NCBI GenBank assembly: GCA_046299555.1
Contig: JBKBHS010000003.1
Location: 268,481-332,480, forward strand
Direction of reading: 5' to 3'
DNA: 64,000 nt
Source: Bacteroidia bacterium
GTDB lineage: Bacteria; Bacteroidota; Bacteroidia; JACCXN01
Shown here: one piece after another, positions 41,890-51,700 of the stretch
How positions within the stretch are numbered: position 1 is the stretch's first letter
How the letters are laid out: each line of letters begins with the position of its first letter
Made by a program: the position numbers and the translations under genes
Notes under the pieces: model-generated
Seen by the model: the letters and a program-made list of their open reading frames with translations, nothing else
What the model was told of the DNA's origin: nothing
Database searches by the model: none

Positions 41890-42250
41890 CCAATCCCTCA
41901 CAAGATGGGAGTTTGGTTTGGAAAAATTCACTCCATCAGGAAGTTTTATTTAAGTGATTTCTCTCAAGTAGGGAGTCTGTTCGGATTAATTCTCTCATTA
42001 AGAATTTTTTATTGGGGGATTTTCTCCAAGAGAATAGTTTGAATGGGGGCATTATCTCAAGAGGGGAATAGTTTTGAGGAGTAACTCTTTTAAAATGGAG
42101 TAAAAAGGATAAAATATCTTTCTGGGAAGAGAAGAAATAAGAGGCGCAAAGCAATCTCTACAGAAGAGTATATAATTAATATACTAAAATTTTCAAAGAG
42201 AGCGGTTTTGGGTATCCTCTCCCTTTCAAGAGAAGGCAAAATTAGGGTAT
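41890..42250. repeat. Degenerate tandem repeat array, about 11 units of about 31 bp (consensus roughly tYTCTCaAGAGgggAaTAGTTTtGaGG), in the ruvB 5' leader
   Basis: Unit starts read at about 41895, 41930, 41960, 41990, 42022, 42053, 42084, 42116, 42155, 42190 and 42216. Each unit ends in a G-run. Several units form a small CTCAA/TTGAG hairpin. Confidence 0.7.
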
Positions 42251-42269
42251 CAGCACTTTTCAAAATGAA

Positions 42270-42297
42270 AATAAAAAACCCCGATTAAGTCGGGGTT
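42270..42297 (-). terminator. Rho-independent terminator of the acyl-CoA dehydrogenase gene (CCCCGAcuuaaUCGGGG plus a U-run on the minus strand)
   Basis: Perfect 6-bp GC stem followed on the minus strand by UUUUUUAUUUUC, 20 nt after the gene stop. Confidence 0.8.
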
Positions 42298-42319
42298 ATT
42301 GAATAATTTGTTTTGCTGA

Positions 42320-43498
42320 TTAGCTAAAAGCATTAAATCCGGTTATATCCATACCGGTTATTAACAAATGTATATCATGAGTACCTTCGTAAGTAATTAC
42401 CGATTCGAGATTCATCATATGACGCATGATCGGATATTCACCAGTAATACCCATACCTCCATGAATTTGGCGAGCCTCACGCGCTATATTTAATGCCATA
42501 GCTACATTATTACGTTTAGCCATTGAAATTTGTGCGGGAGTAGCTCTATTTTCGTTTTTTAATACCCCTAATCGCCAAGTTAATAATTGGGCTTTAGTAA
42601 TTTCGGTAATCATTTCAGCCAATTTTTTTTGTGTTAACTGAAATGCGCCAATTGGTTTACCAAATTGGATTCGTTCTTTAGAATATCTTAAGGCTGAATC
42701 GTAACAATCTAAAGCAGCGCCAATTGCCCCCCATGCAATGCCGTATCTTGCTGAATTAAGACAACTCAATGGACCTTTTAATCCTTTAATATTTGGGAAT
42801 ATGTTTTCTTTTGGAACTTTTACGTTATCAAACACCAGCTCACCTGTAGCACTTGCGCGCAAGCTCCATTTACCATGTGTTTCGGGAGTAGTAAAACCTT
42901 CCCATCCGCGTTCTACAATCATCCCTCTGATATCACCATTTTCATCTTTTGCCCAAACTACGGCTATATCTGCAAATGGAGCATTTGAAATCCACATTTT
43001 AGCGCCATTTAACAAATAATAATTTCCCTTATCTTTTATATTAGTGACCATACCTGCAGGGTTTGAACCATAATCAGGTTCGGTTAAACCAAAGCAACCC
43101 ATTAACTCACCTGCAGCTAATTTGGGAAGATATTTACGTTTTTGTTCTTCTGTTCCGTAAGTATAAATCGGATACATTACCAATGAACTTTGAACCGAAG
43201 CGGTAGAGCGCAATCCGCTATCGCCACGCTCCAACTCTTGCATAATTATACCATAAGATATTTGATCTAAGCCCGGACCGCCATATTCTTGCGGAATGTA
43301 TGGACCAAAAGCACCAATTTCGGCCAATCCTTTAATCCATTGTTTTGGGAATTTAGCATTTTGACATGCTTCTTCTATAATTGGAGAAACTTCCTTTTTA
43401 ACCCAAGCTCTCGCTGTTTCGCGTATTAATTTGTGTTCTTCTGTTAGAAGTTCATCCATTAAATAATAGTCGTGATGTTGGTATCTGTCAGTTGCCAT
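42320..43498 (-). CDS. Acyl-CoA dehydrogenase (glutaryl-CoA dehydrogenase-like)
   Basis: 392 aa. Carries an acyl-CoA dehydrogenase signature (GCFGLTEPDYGSNPAGMVT) and a C-terminal four-helix domain. Confidence 0.8.
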   Translation of the reverse strand: MATDRYQHHDYYLMDELLTEEHKLIRETARAWVKKEVSPIIEEACQNAKFPKQWIKGLAEIGAFGPYIPQEYGGPGLDQISYGIIMQELERGDSGLRSTASVQSSLVMYPIYTYGTEEQKRKYLPKLAAGELMGCFGLTEPDYGSNPAGMVTNIKDKGNYYLLNGAKMWISNAPFADIAVVWAKDENGDIRGMIVERGWEGFTTPETHGKWSLRASATGELVFDNVKVPKENIFPNIKGLKGPLSCLNSARYGIAWGAIGAALDCYDSALRYSKERIQFGKPIGAFQLTQKKLAEMITEITKAQLLTWRLGVLKNENRATPAQISMAKRNNVAMALNIAREARQIHGGMGITGEYPIMRHMMNLESVITYEGTHDIHLLITGMDITGFNAFS

Positions 43499-43581
43499 AA
43501 ATTAAAAATTTATAAGAATGGGTAAAAGTATAGATTTTTTAAATATATTTGATTTTATAAAACTAATTAATTTAAACTGTT

Positions 43582-44415
43582 ATGATTAAAAAAATTACTT
43601 TTTCGTTTGCTATTGTAACGCTTATCTGCATTGTAATGTTTAGTTACAATAATAAAGTTCATTCTAATTCATCAGGAGCACCTGCCGGCAAAACAGGATC
43701 TCCAGGAGACGGCTCGAGTTGTAACAGTTGTCATTCAACAAGCGGAACTCCTGCAACAGGTGCTATTTTGATAACTTCAAATGTACCTACCGGAGGTTAT
43801 ATTTCGGGTAATACATACTCCATAACCGTGAGAGCTGCACACAGTACTTTTAATAAATTCGGGTTTCAAATTTCTCCACAAGCTGCTAACGGCACCTTGT
43901 TAGGTACATTAGCTATTACGAATGTAAATGAAACTCAATTAGTGGGTTCAGGTAAATATGTTACTCACAAAGCTGCCGGCACAACCGGAACTAACATTCC
44001 TATGATAGGTAATTTTAAAGAATGGTCGTTTAATTGGACAGCTCCTGCTCCCGGAACAGGTGCCGTTACTTTTTATGGAGCTGCATTATTGGCTAACAGC
44101 AATAACCAAAATACAGGCGACTCTTTAGTATTAGGTACTTTAGTAATTAATGAATCTTCCACTAATGGAATTGATAAAAATATTATAGAGAAAGGAGTTG
44201 CTGTTTATCCAAATCCGGCTAAAGAAATATTGTATTTACAAATTAATGAATTAGCTGAGGTAGAAATAATAGATGTTAGCGGTAAATCAATGTTAAAACA
44301 ACAAATTAATAACGGAATAAATAGTTTTGATATAAGTGGCTTAAATTCGGGGTTATATTTTGTTAAAATAACGGGTAAAGAAAACAAACTAATTAAAAAA
44401 TTTGTTAAGGAATAA
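43582..44415 (+). CDS. T9SS type-A CTD protein with N-terminal CxxCH heme-binding-type motif (GDGSSCNSCHST)
   Basis: Signal peptide, SGAPAGKTGSPGDGSSCNSCH motif, Thr/Gly-rich beta domain, and C-terminal VYPNPAKEILYLQINE...SGLYFVKIT sorting domain. Confidence 0.55.
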   Translation: MIKKITFSFAIVTLICIVMFSYNNKVHSNSSGAPAGKTGSPGDGSSCNSCHSTSGTPATGAILITSNVPTGGYISGNTYSITVRAAHSTFNKFGFQISPQAANGTLLGTLAITNVNETQLVGSGKYVTHKAAGTTGTNIPMIGNFKEWSFNWTAPAPGTGAVTFYGAALLANSNNQNTGDSLVLGTLVINESSTNGIDKNIIEKGVAVYPNPAKEILYLQINELAEVEIIDVSGKSMLKQQINNGINSFDISGLNSGLYFVKITGKENKLIKKFVKE

Positions 44416-44450
44416 AAAAAGCGGGGTTATCCCGCTTTAATTTTAATTTG
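44414..44450 (+). terminator. Terminator hairpin AAAAAGCGGGgttatCCCGCTTT plus T-rich tail
   Basis: 5-bp GC stem followed by TTTAATTTTAATTT. Confidence 0.55.
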
Positions 44451-44452
44451 TT

Positions 44453-44836
44453 ATGAATAGATTGCCCATATTCTTAATTTTTGCAGGTATTTTGATATCT
44501 GTTTCTTACCTATCTTGCACAAAAGATAAATACGAAATTCCCGGAAAAAACCCACCTCCTCCACAGGATACAACCAACAATAATTCTCCAGTAAATATTT
44601 GCGATACAGCAACCGTTAAATACGGTAATTATATTGCCAATATAATTAATACCAATTGTGGAACTTGTCATTCGCAATACACCAATTATAACGGATTAAA
44701 AGCCATTGCCGATAACGGAAGTTTAAAAGCAAGGGTTGTGGATGGAAACCCAAGCCCCATGCCTCCGAGCGGGCTTTTGCCTCAATCTACACGCGATTCA
44801 ATTTTATGGTGGATTAATGGTGGTAAATGTCAATAA
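44453..44836 (+). CDS. Small lipoprotein with CxxCH motif (CGTCHS), putative c-type cytochrome-like domain
   Basis: Lipobox (SYLSC), Pro-rich linker, and NTNCGTCHSQY motif. 127 aa. Confidence 0.45.
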   Translation: MNRLPIFLIFAGILISVSYLSCTKDKYEIPGKNPPPPQDTTNNNSPVNICDTATVKYGNYIANIINTNCGTCHSQYTNYNGLKAIADNGSLKARVVDGNPSPMPPSGLLPQSTRDSILWWINGGKCQ

Positions 44837-44853
44837 ACAATAAACAATAAACA

Positions 44854-45399
44854 ATGAAAAAAATCATTTTAATATTTCTATTGCTGCCAACTGCAATATT
44901 TTCTCAACCAATTTTTACAGCCGTTTCAAGTGAAGTGCATTTTTTCTCTGCTGCTCCACTTGAAAATATAGAAGCTACTAATAAAGATGCAAAATCTTTA
45001 TTAAACACTGAAACAAAAGAAGTAGCTGTTATAATTGGAATTCGTCAGTTTAAATTTGAAAAACCGCTCATGGAAGAGCATTTTAACGAAAACTACATGG
45101 AGAGCGATAAATACAAAACAGCTGATTTTAAAGGGAAAATAAATGAAAATATAGATTTTACTAAAGATGGTGAATATGATGTAACTGTAAGCGGGAAATT
45201 AACTATTCATGGAATAACACAAGAAAGGACCATTCCCGGAAAAATAATAGTGAATGGAAAAACTATTAAAGTTAATTCTAAATTTCCGGTTGCATTAAAA
45301 GACCATAATATTAAAATTCCTCGTGCAGTAATTCAAAATATAGCTGAATCGGTTGATGTTACCGTTAATATTAGCTACGAACCTAAAGCTTCAAAATAA
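44854..45399 (+). CDS. YceI-family periplasmic protein (polyisoprenoid-binding fold)
   Basis: Signal peptide, 181 aa, and the YceI-like pattern VHFFSAAPLENIEATNKD... ending ...VTVNISYEPK. Confidence 0.6.
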   Translation: MKKIILIFLLLPTAIFSQPIFTAVSSEVHFFSAAPLENIEATNKDAKSLLNTETKEVAVIIGIRQFKFEKPLMEEHFNENYMESDKYKTADFKGKINENIDFTKDGEYDVTVSGKLTIHGITQERTIPGKIIVNGKTIKVNSKFPVALKDHNIKIPRAVIQNIAESVDVTVNISYEPKASK

Positions 45400-45402
45400 A
45401 AT

Positions 45403-46323
45403 ATGAGTCGTTTATCCATCCTTACATTTACACTTTCTTTTTTTTATTGTTTAAACATCAATGCTCAGGATGATTTAATGAGCATGTTGCAAAATGATAC
45501 CAAAGAAGAAAAGCCAGAAAAAGTAATTGCCACATTTAAAACCACTAAAGTAGTGAATGCACAATCTACCGAAACTGTTAAAGCAAGAACACTCGACTTT
45601 AGAATTACGCATCGCTTTGGAAACATGGGAACCGCAAGCAATGGCGGAGTGCACACACTTTGGGGTTTTGATCAGGCAGAAAATATTCGCTTTTCATTCG
45701 ATTACGGAATTACCGACCGCATACAAGTTGGAATTGGCAGAAGCAAACGCCAAGAATTAATTGATGGAAACTTTAAAATAAAATTACTGGAACAAACTGT
45801 TGACAACAGCGTACCCATTTCATTAGTATGGTATTCAAATGCTGCAATCACTCCCAGAAAAGACATCGATAAAATTTATAGTAAAACCTTACATCGTATG
45901 TCCTATTCACATCAGCTAATTGCTGCAAGAAAATTTGGCAACTGGTTTTCATTAGCGCTATTACCCACCTACACACATAGAAATATTGTTGCCAACGATG
46001 TAAACAAAAACAACAATGCAGCCGAAACAAACGGCTTTTTTTCAATGGGAATTGCTGGTCGTTTAAAACTTACGCAGCGATTGGTTTTGGTTGCTGACTA
46101 TTTTTACAATGTATCAGATTACAGAATAAATAATCCGGACAGACCATTTTACAATCCTTTGGGAGTTGGTATTGAAATTGAAACCGGTGGACACGTGTTT
46201 CATATTAATGTAACCAATGCCGGTGGAATAATTGAGAATGATTTTTTACCTTATACCAATGACACTTGGACTAAAGGTGGTTACAAGCTTGGCTTTAATA
46301 TTTCGAGAGTGTTTAACTTTTAA
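45403..46323 (+). CDS. DUF5777-like outer-membrane beta-barrel protein
   Basis: Signal peptide. Motifs ARTLDFRITHRFGNMG...GG.HTLWGFDQAENIRFSFDYGITDRIQVGIGRSK recalled as the DUF5777 signature. C-terminal ...FNISRVFNF. Confidence 0.5.
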   Translation: MSRLSILTFTLSFFYCLNINAQDDLMSMLQNDTKEEKPEKVIATFKTTKVVNAQSTETVKARTLDFRITHRFGNMGTASNGGVHTLWGFDQAENIRFSFDYGITDRIQVGIGRSKRQELIDGNFKIKLLEQTVDNSVPISLVWYSNAAITPRKDIDKIYSKTLHRMSYSHQLIAARKFGNWFSLALLPTYTHRNIVANDVNKNNNAAETNGFFSMGIAGRLKLTQRLVLVADYFYNVSDYRINNPDRPFYNPLGVGIEIETGGHVFHINVTNAGGIIENDFLPYTNDTWTKGGYKLGFNISRVFNF

Positions 46324-46326
46324 AAC

Positions 46327-47661
46327 ATGGCTAAATACTTACTACTCTTTTTTCTGTTTTTAAAAACTATAGTTTCTGCTCAGAATCTATACTTCCCTCC
46401 ATTAACAGGCAATTCGTGGGATACCTTATCTCCTGCAGCACTTGGATGGTGTAATGATAAAATAGACTCTTTGCTTAATTATTTGGAACAACGTAATACC
46501 AAAGCTTTTATAGTTTTAAAAGATGGCAAAATTGTAATTGAAAAATATTTTGGCACGTTTACGCAAGATAGCATTTGGTATTGGGCATCTGCAGGCAAAA
46601 CATTAACCGCATTTACAGTTGGTATTGCACAACAAGAAGGTTATTTATCTATTAATGACACTACATCAAATTATTTAGGAACAGGTTGGACAAATTGTAC
46701 CATTACTCAAGAAGAAAAAATTACTATTCGCCACCAATTAACAATGACAAGTGGTTTAGATGATGGTGTAACTGACCCTTATTGCACCATTGATACCTGC
46801 TTAAAATATAAAGCCGATGCAGGAACACGTTGGGCATATCACAACGCTCCTTACACTTTACTTGACAATGTAATTCAAAGTGCAACCGGTCAAAACCTAA
46901 ATACCTATTTTACTAATAAAGTTAAAATTCCAACCGGTATAACAGGTACATTCTTTTATACAGGATTTAACAATGTTTTTTACAGTAAAGCCAGAAGCAT
47001 GGCCAGATTTGGACTTTTAATTTTAAACAAAGGCAATTGGAATGGCAATCAAATAATGACCGATACAGCTTACTTTAATCAAATGGTAAATACCTCTCAA
47101 TCGTTAAATGAATCATATGGTTATTTATGGTGGTTAAATGGTAAAAATTCTTTCATGGTTCCTAATACTCAATTTGTTTTTCCGGGTCAATTATTTCCTT
47201 CTGCGCCTTCAGATATGATTTCTGCACTTGGTAAAGATGGTCAAATTATAAATGTAGTGCCGAGCGAAAATTTAGTTGTTGTTCGAATGGGAAATGCGCC
47301 ATTAATTTCACAAGCTGTTTCAATAACTTTTAATGATACCATTTGGCAAAAAATAAATGAATTAACATGCAATTCAACACTAATCGAAACTAACAGTAAA
47401 AACAGCTTTTTTAATTTTTACCCTAATCCCACATATGATAAATTAATTATTGAATTACCTGAATGGAATGAATATCAATTTACAGAAGTTGAAATATTTG
47501 ATATTTCAGGAAAATTGGTTTACAATCAAAAAAATGAAAACTTCAATTCACCCCTTGAAATTAATGTTACAACATTAAATCAAGGAATTTATTTTTTAAC
47601 AATTAAAAACAAGCAAATACCTGTTTTAAAAGAAAAATTTGTAGTTAATAAAACTTTCTAA
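46327..47661 (+). CDS. Serine hydrolase, beta-lactamase/transpeptidase-like, with T9SS type-A CTD
   Basis: S-x-x-K motif (WASAGKTLTAF), YHNAPY (Y-x-N-like) and C-terminal NFYPNPTYDKLIIELPE...GIYFLTIKNK sorting domain. Confidence 0.7.
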   Translation: MAKYLLLFFLFLKTIVSAQNLYFPPLTGNSWDTLSPAALGWCNDKIDSLLNYLEQRNTKAFIVLKDGKIVIEKYFGTFTQDSIWYWASAGKTLTAFTVGIAQQEGYLSINDTTSNYLGTGWTNCTITQEEKITIRHQLTMTSGLDDGVTDPYCTIDTCLKYKADAGTRWAYHNAPYTLLDNVIQSATGQNLNTYFTNKVKIPTGITGTFFYTGFNNVFYSKARSMARFGLLILNKGNWNGNQIMTDTAYFNQMVNTSQSLNESYGYLWWLNGKNSFMVPNTQFVFPGQLFPSAPSDMISALGKDGQIINVVPSENLVVVRMGNAPLISQAVSITFNDTIWQKINELTCNSTLIETNSKNSFFNFYPNPTYDKLIIELPEWNEYQFTEVEIFDISGKLVYNQKNENFNSPLEINVTTLNQGIYFLTIKNKQIPVLKEKFVVNKTF

Positions 47662-47680
47662 AATAACCGCTTATTGCTAA

Positions 47681-48673
47681 TTAAATTAAATTTTTATTAA
47701 CTAAATATTCAGCAATTTGAATAGCATTGGTAGCTGCACCTTTTCTGAGATTATCCGCTACAATCCACATGTTTAAGGTGTTTGGCTGCGATTCATCCCT
47801 ACGTATTCTTCCCACAAATACTTCATCGCGGTTGTGAGCATCCAACAATGGCATGGGATATTGCAGATTTTTAACATCATCTTTTACAATTACTCCCGGT
47901 GCGTTTTGTAAAATGTTTCTTACTTCTGCCAAATCAAAATCTTTTTCAAACTCAACATTTACCGATTCGCTGTGGCCTCCCATTACCGGAATTCTTACCG
48001 CTGTAGCTGTTACTCGAATGTTATCATCACCCATTATTTTTTTAGTTTCGTTTACCATTTTCATTTCTTCTTTGGTGTATCCGTTTTCTAAAAAAACATC
48101 AATATGTGGCAATACATTTAAGTCGATTGGATAGGCGTATGCCATTTCTCCTTTTATGCCCTTGCGTTCGTTCATTAATTGCTCAACAGCCTTTACACCT
48201 GTTCCTGTTACAGATTGATAGGTAGAAACAACGATACGCTTAATACCATATTTTTTATGTAATGGGTTTAATGCCACTACCATTTGAATAGTTGAACAAT
48301 TAGGATTGGCTATTATTTTATCATCTTTAGTTAAAACCGAAGCATTTATTTCAGGAACAACCAATTTTTTAGTAGGGTCCATTCTCCAAGCAGAAGAATT
48401 ATCAATAACAGTAGTACCTACATCAGCAAATTTGGGAGCCCATTCTAATGATGTGCTTCCGCCCGCTGAAAACAAAGCAATAGAAGGTTTTTGTGCAATA
48501 GCATCAGTTATACTTATCACTTTGTATTTTTTGCCTTTAAAATCTATTTCTTTCCCTACCGATTTTTCAGAAGCAACCGGTAAAAGTTCTGTTACAGGGA
48601 AGTTTCTTTCTTCCAGTACTTTTAACATAACACCGCCCACCAATCCGGTGGCGCCTACAACTGCTACTTTCAT
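47681..48673 (-). CDS. asd: Aspartate-semialdehyde dehydrogenase
   Basis: MKVAVVGATGLVGGVMLKVLEERNFP..., catalytic NPNCSTIQMVVAL (Cys), 330 aa. Confidence 0.9.
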   Translation of the reverse strand: MKVAVVGATGLVGGVMLKVLEERNFPVTELLPVASEKSVGKEIDFKGKKYKVISITDAIAQKPSIALFSAGGSTSLEWAPKFADVGTTVIDNSSAWRMDPTKKLVVPEINASVLTKDDKIIANPNCSTIQMVVALNPLHKKYGIKRIVVSTYQSVTGTGVKAVEQLMNERKGIKGEMAYAYPIDLNVLPHIDVFLENGYTKEEMKMVNETKKIMGDDNIRVTATAVRIPVMGGHSESVNVEFEKDFDLAEVRNILQNAPGVIVKDDVKNLQYPMPLLDAHNRDEVFVGRIRRDESQPNTLNMWIVADNLRKGAATNAIQIAEYLVNKNLI

Positions 48674-48761
48674 TGTAAATTTGAATTATTGTTAATGATT
48701 TATTTACTTTAAAAGGAGAGCAAATTTAGTATATTTACACACGTATAGAAATTTTTAAAGC

Positions 48762-51700
48762 ATGATGCGATTACTTTTTCTTTTATCCATATTTTTTATA
48801 AATCAGTTAAGTATAGCACAACTTAACGACAATTTTACAGATGGTGATTTTACAAATAATCCAACATGGAGCGGCAATGATACGGTATTTACCATTGCCA
48901 ATGTTAGTGGTAATAATATGCTGCGCTCAAATTCACAAACTGCCAGCAATACCTTTTATTTATCAACACCAAGTACCTTGGTAAATGATTGTCAATGGGA
49001 GTTTTATGTGAATTTACAATTCAACACATCAAGTACTAATTATGTAGATATCTATTTAATATCCAATAGTGCCGATTTAAAAGCCGCCTCATTTAACGGC
49101 TATTTTGTTAGAATTGGAAACACAGCCGATGAAATTTCACTATACCGCAGAACAGGAAGCACCAATACCATGATTATTAATGGAACTGATGGTGTTACGA
49201 ATAATTCAAACAATATTTTAAAGATAAAAGTAGTACGAACTGCCTCTAATGTATGGACATTGGAACGCGACATTACAGGAACCGGAAACGATTATTTTTT
49301 AGAAGGAAGCGTGACGGATGCAACCCATTTAACCTCTACGCATTTTGGAATTTCTATCACACAATCAACTGCAAGTTTTTTTAACAAACATTTTTTTGAC
49401 GACTTTTATGTAGGTCCCATTATTTATGATACCACACCACCTCAAGTAAATAGCGTTACTGTTGTATCCTCTACTCAATTAGACGTTTTATTTAGTGAAA
49501 ATGTTGATTTAATAAGCTCCCAAACACTTACAAATTACTTAGTAAATAATGGGATTGGGAACCCTATAGCAGCAGTTAGAGATGCTTCCAATTTTAAATT
49601 GGTACATTTAACATTTAGCAATGCATTCACCAGTGGACAAACCAACATTATCACCATTCAAAATGTGCAGGATGTTGCATTAAACACAATGGCAACTCCT
49701 CAAAACTTTTTCTTTACCTATTATTTAACCGTACCGGCTACTTATCGTGATATTATATTCAATGAATTATTCCCCGACCCTTCACCGGTAGTTGGATTGC
49801 CGGAACAGGAATTTGTAGAGTTATATAATCGTTCTTCAAACAATATTAATTTAGCGGGATTAAAATTTTCCGATCCATCTACTACCGCAACTTTAGGAAA
49901 TACCATTCTATTACCCGGAGAATATATTATTTTATGCCGCATGCAAGACACCGCTTTATTTAGCGGCTTTGGCAAAGTAATGGGATTATCTGTATGGCCC
50001 AGTTTAAATAACTCAAGCGATTCATTATGGCTAAGAGATGCGGGTGGCAATGTAATTGACTTTGTTTATTATACCGATGCTTGGTATAAAAATTCGGCAA
50101 AGAAAAACGGAGGTTGGACACTTGAATTAATTAATCCGCTCTTGCCATGCAGCGGTGTAAACAATTGGATTGCCTCAAATAATCCTATAGGAGGAACACC
50201 GGGCACACAAAACTCTGTTTTCAGTAATACACTTGATAATATACCTCCAACTATTACCAATATTCAAGTTGTTTCACAAACACAACTTGCCGTAACCTTT
50301 AGCGAAAGTATGGATAGTACCACATTGGTTAATGGAGCCTATACCATTTCTAATGGAATAGCTATAGATTTTGTATCTCCAATTGGACCAGACTTTACCA
50401 ACATGAATGTAAATCTGCTGAATATAATTGATACCGGCATTGTATATACATTTACTGCCATAGGAATAACAGACTGTTCAGGTAATACCATAAGCAATTC
50501 CGGCAATAATAAAGTATTTGGCATTGGTCGTCCGGCACAAAAATTTCAAGTTGTAATAAATGAATTATTTCCAGACCCAACCGGAACACCATTCTTACCT
50601 GAAAATGAATTTGTAGAATTATACAATACTACCAACCAGGTATTAAGCTTGCGATTTTACAGTTGGTCGGATCAAAGCTCTTCAACCCTACTGCCTGATG
50701 TAACCATTTTCCCTAATGAATATATTATTTTATGTGCATCAGCCGATGTAAGTTTATTTGAACAGTACGGAAAAACCATAGGCTTAAGCAGTTGGCCGTC
50801 CTTAAATAACTCTGGCGATGTAATGACCTTGCGCGATAATAATGGAAATTTAATTCATCAAGTTGCATATAGCGATAAATGGTACAACGATGATGAAAAA
50901 AGAAGACAAGGAGGGTGGAGTTTAGAAATGATTGACCCAAAAAATCCATGTGGAGAAGAAACAAACTGGAGAGCTAGCGTAAGCAGTAACAGAGGAACAC
51001 CCGGACAAATAAACTCTGTTGCAACATCGAATTTAGATACTAAAGGGCCGAATTTATTAGCAGCATTCGCCATTAGCCCCGATACTGCATTACTCCGTTT
51101 TAATGAGATTTTAGACAGTGCATCCGTTTTTAATGCCGTTTATAATATTACCGGAGGAATTACGGCAAATATTATTGGTCAAAAATCTCCTAAAGAAGTG
51201 TTATTAAAACTTACCCCTTCTCTTCAATCAGGAATAACCTACATTGTTCAAGCAAATCAAATAAATGACTGTGTTGGCAACTTAATTGATGCAGGGTTTG
51301 CCTTTTTAATTCTGCCTGAACAAGGTGAACCGGGAGATATTATTATTAACGAAGCTTTATTTAACCCCAGAACCGGTGGTAGTGATTTTGTAGAAATTTA
51401 TAATCGCTCCAATAAAGACATAGATTTACGCAATTGGAAATTGGCAAATTACGACAAAGATACAATTAGTAATTTGAGAACAATCACTGATGATTATCGC
51501 ATATTAAGACCTGGAAATTATGCCATGCTTTCGAAAGATACTGCTAACATTAAAAAAGAATATCCTTTAGCAGAGAGTAGCACTTTTATACAAATGGCGT
51601 CAAAACCAGCATTTAATAACACCTCTGGAAATATTATTTTAATTAACAATAAAGATGAAGTGAGTGATAGATTTGATTACAACGAAAACATGCATTTCCC

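Noticed and set aside
41936-42154. 72-aa minus-strand ORF within the ruvB leader
   Set aside because: Its sequence is simply a translation of the degenerate tandem repeats, so it is low complexity and unlikely to be coding.
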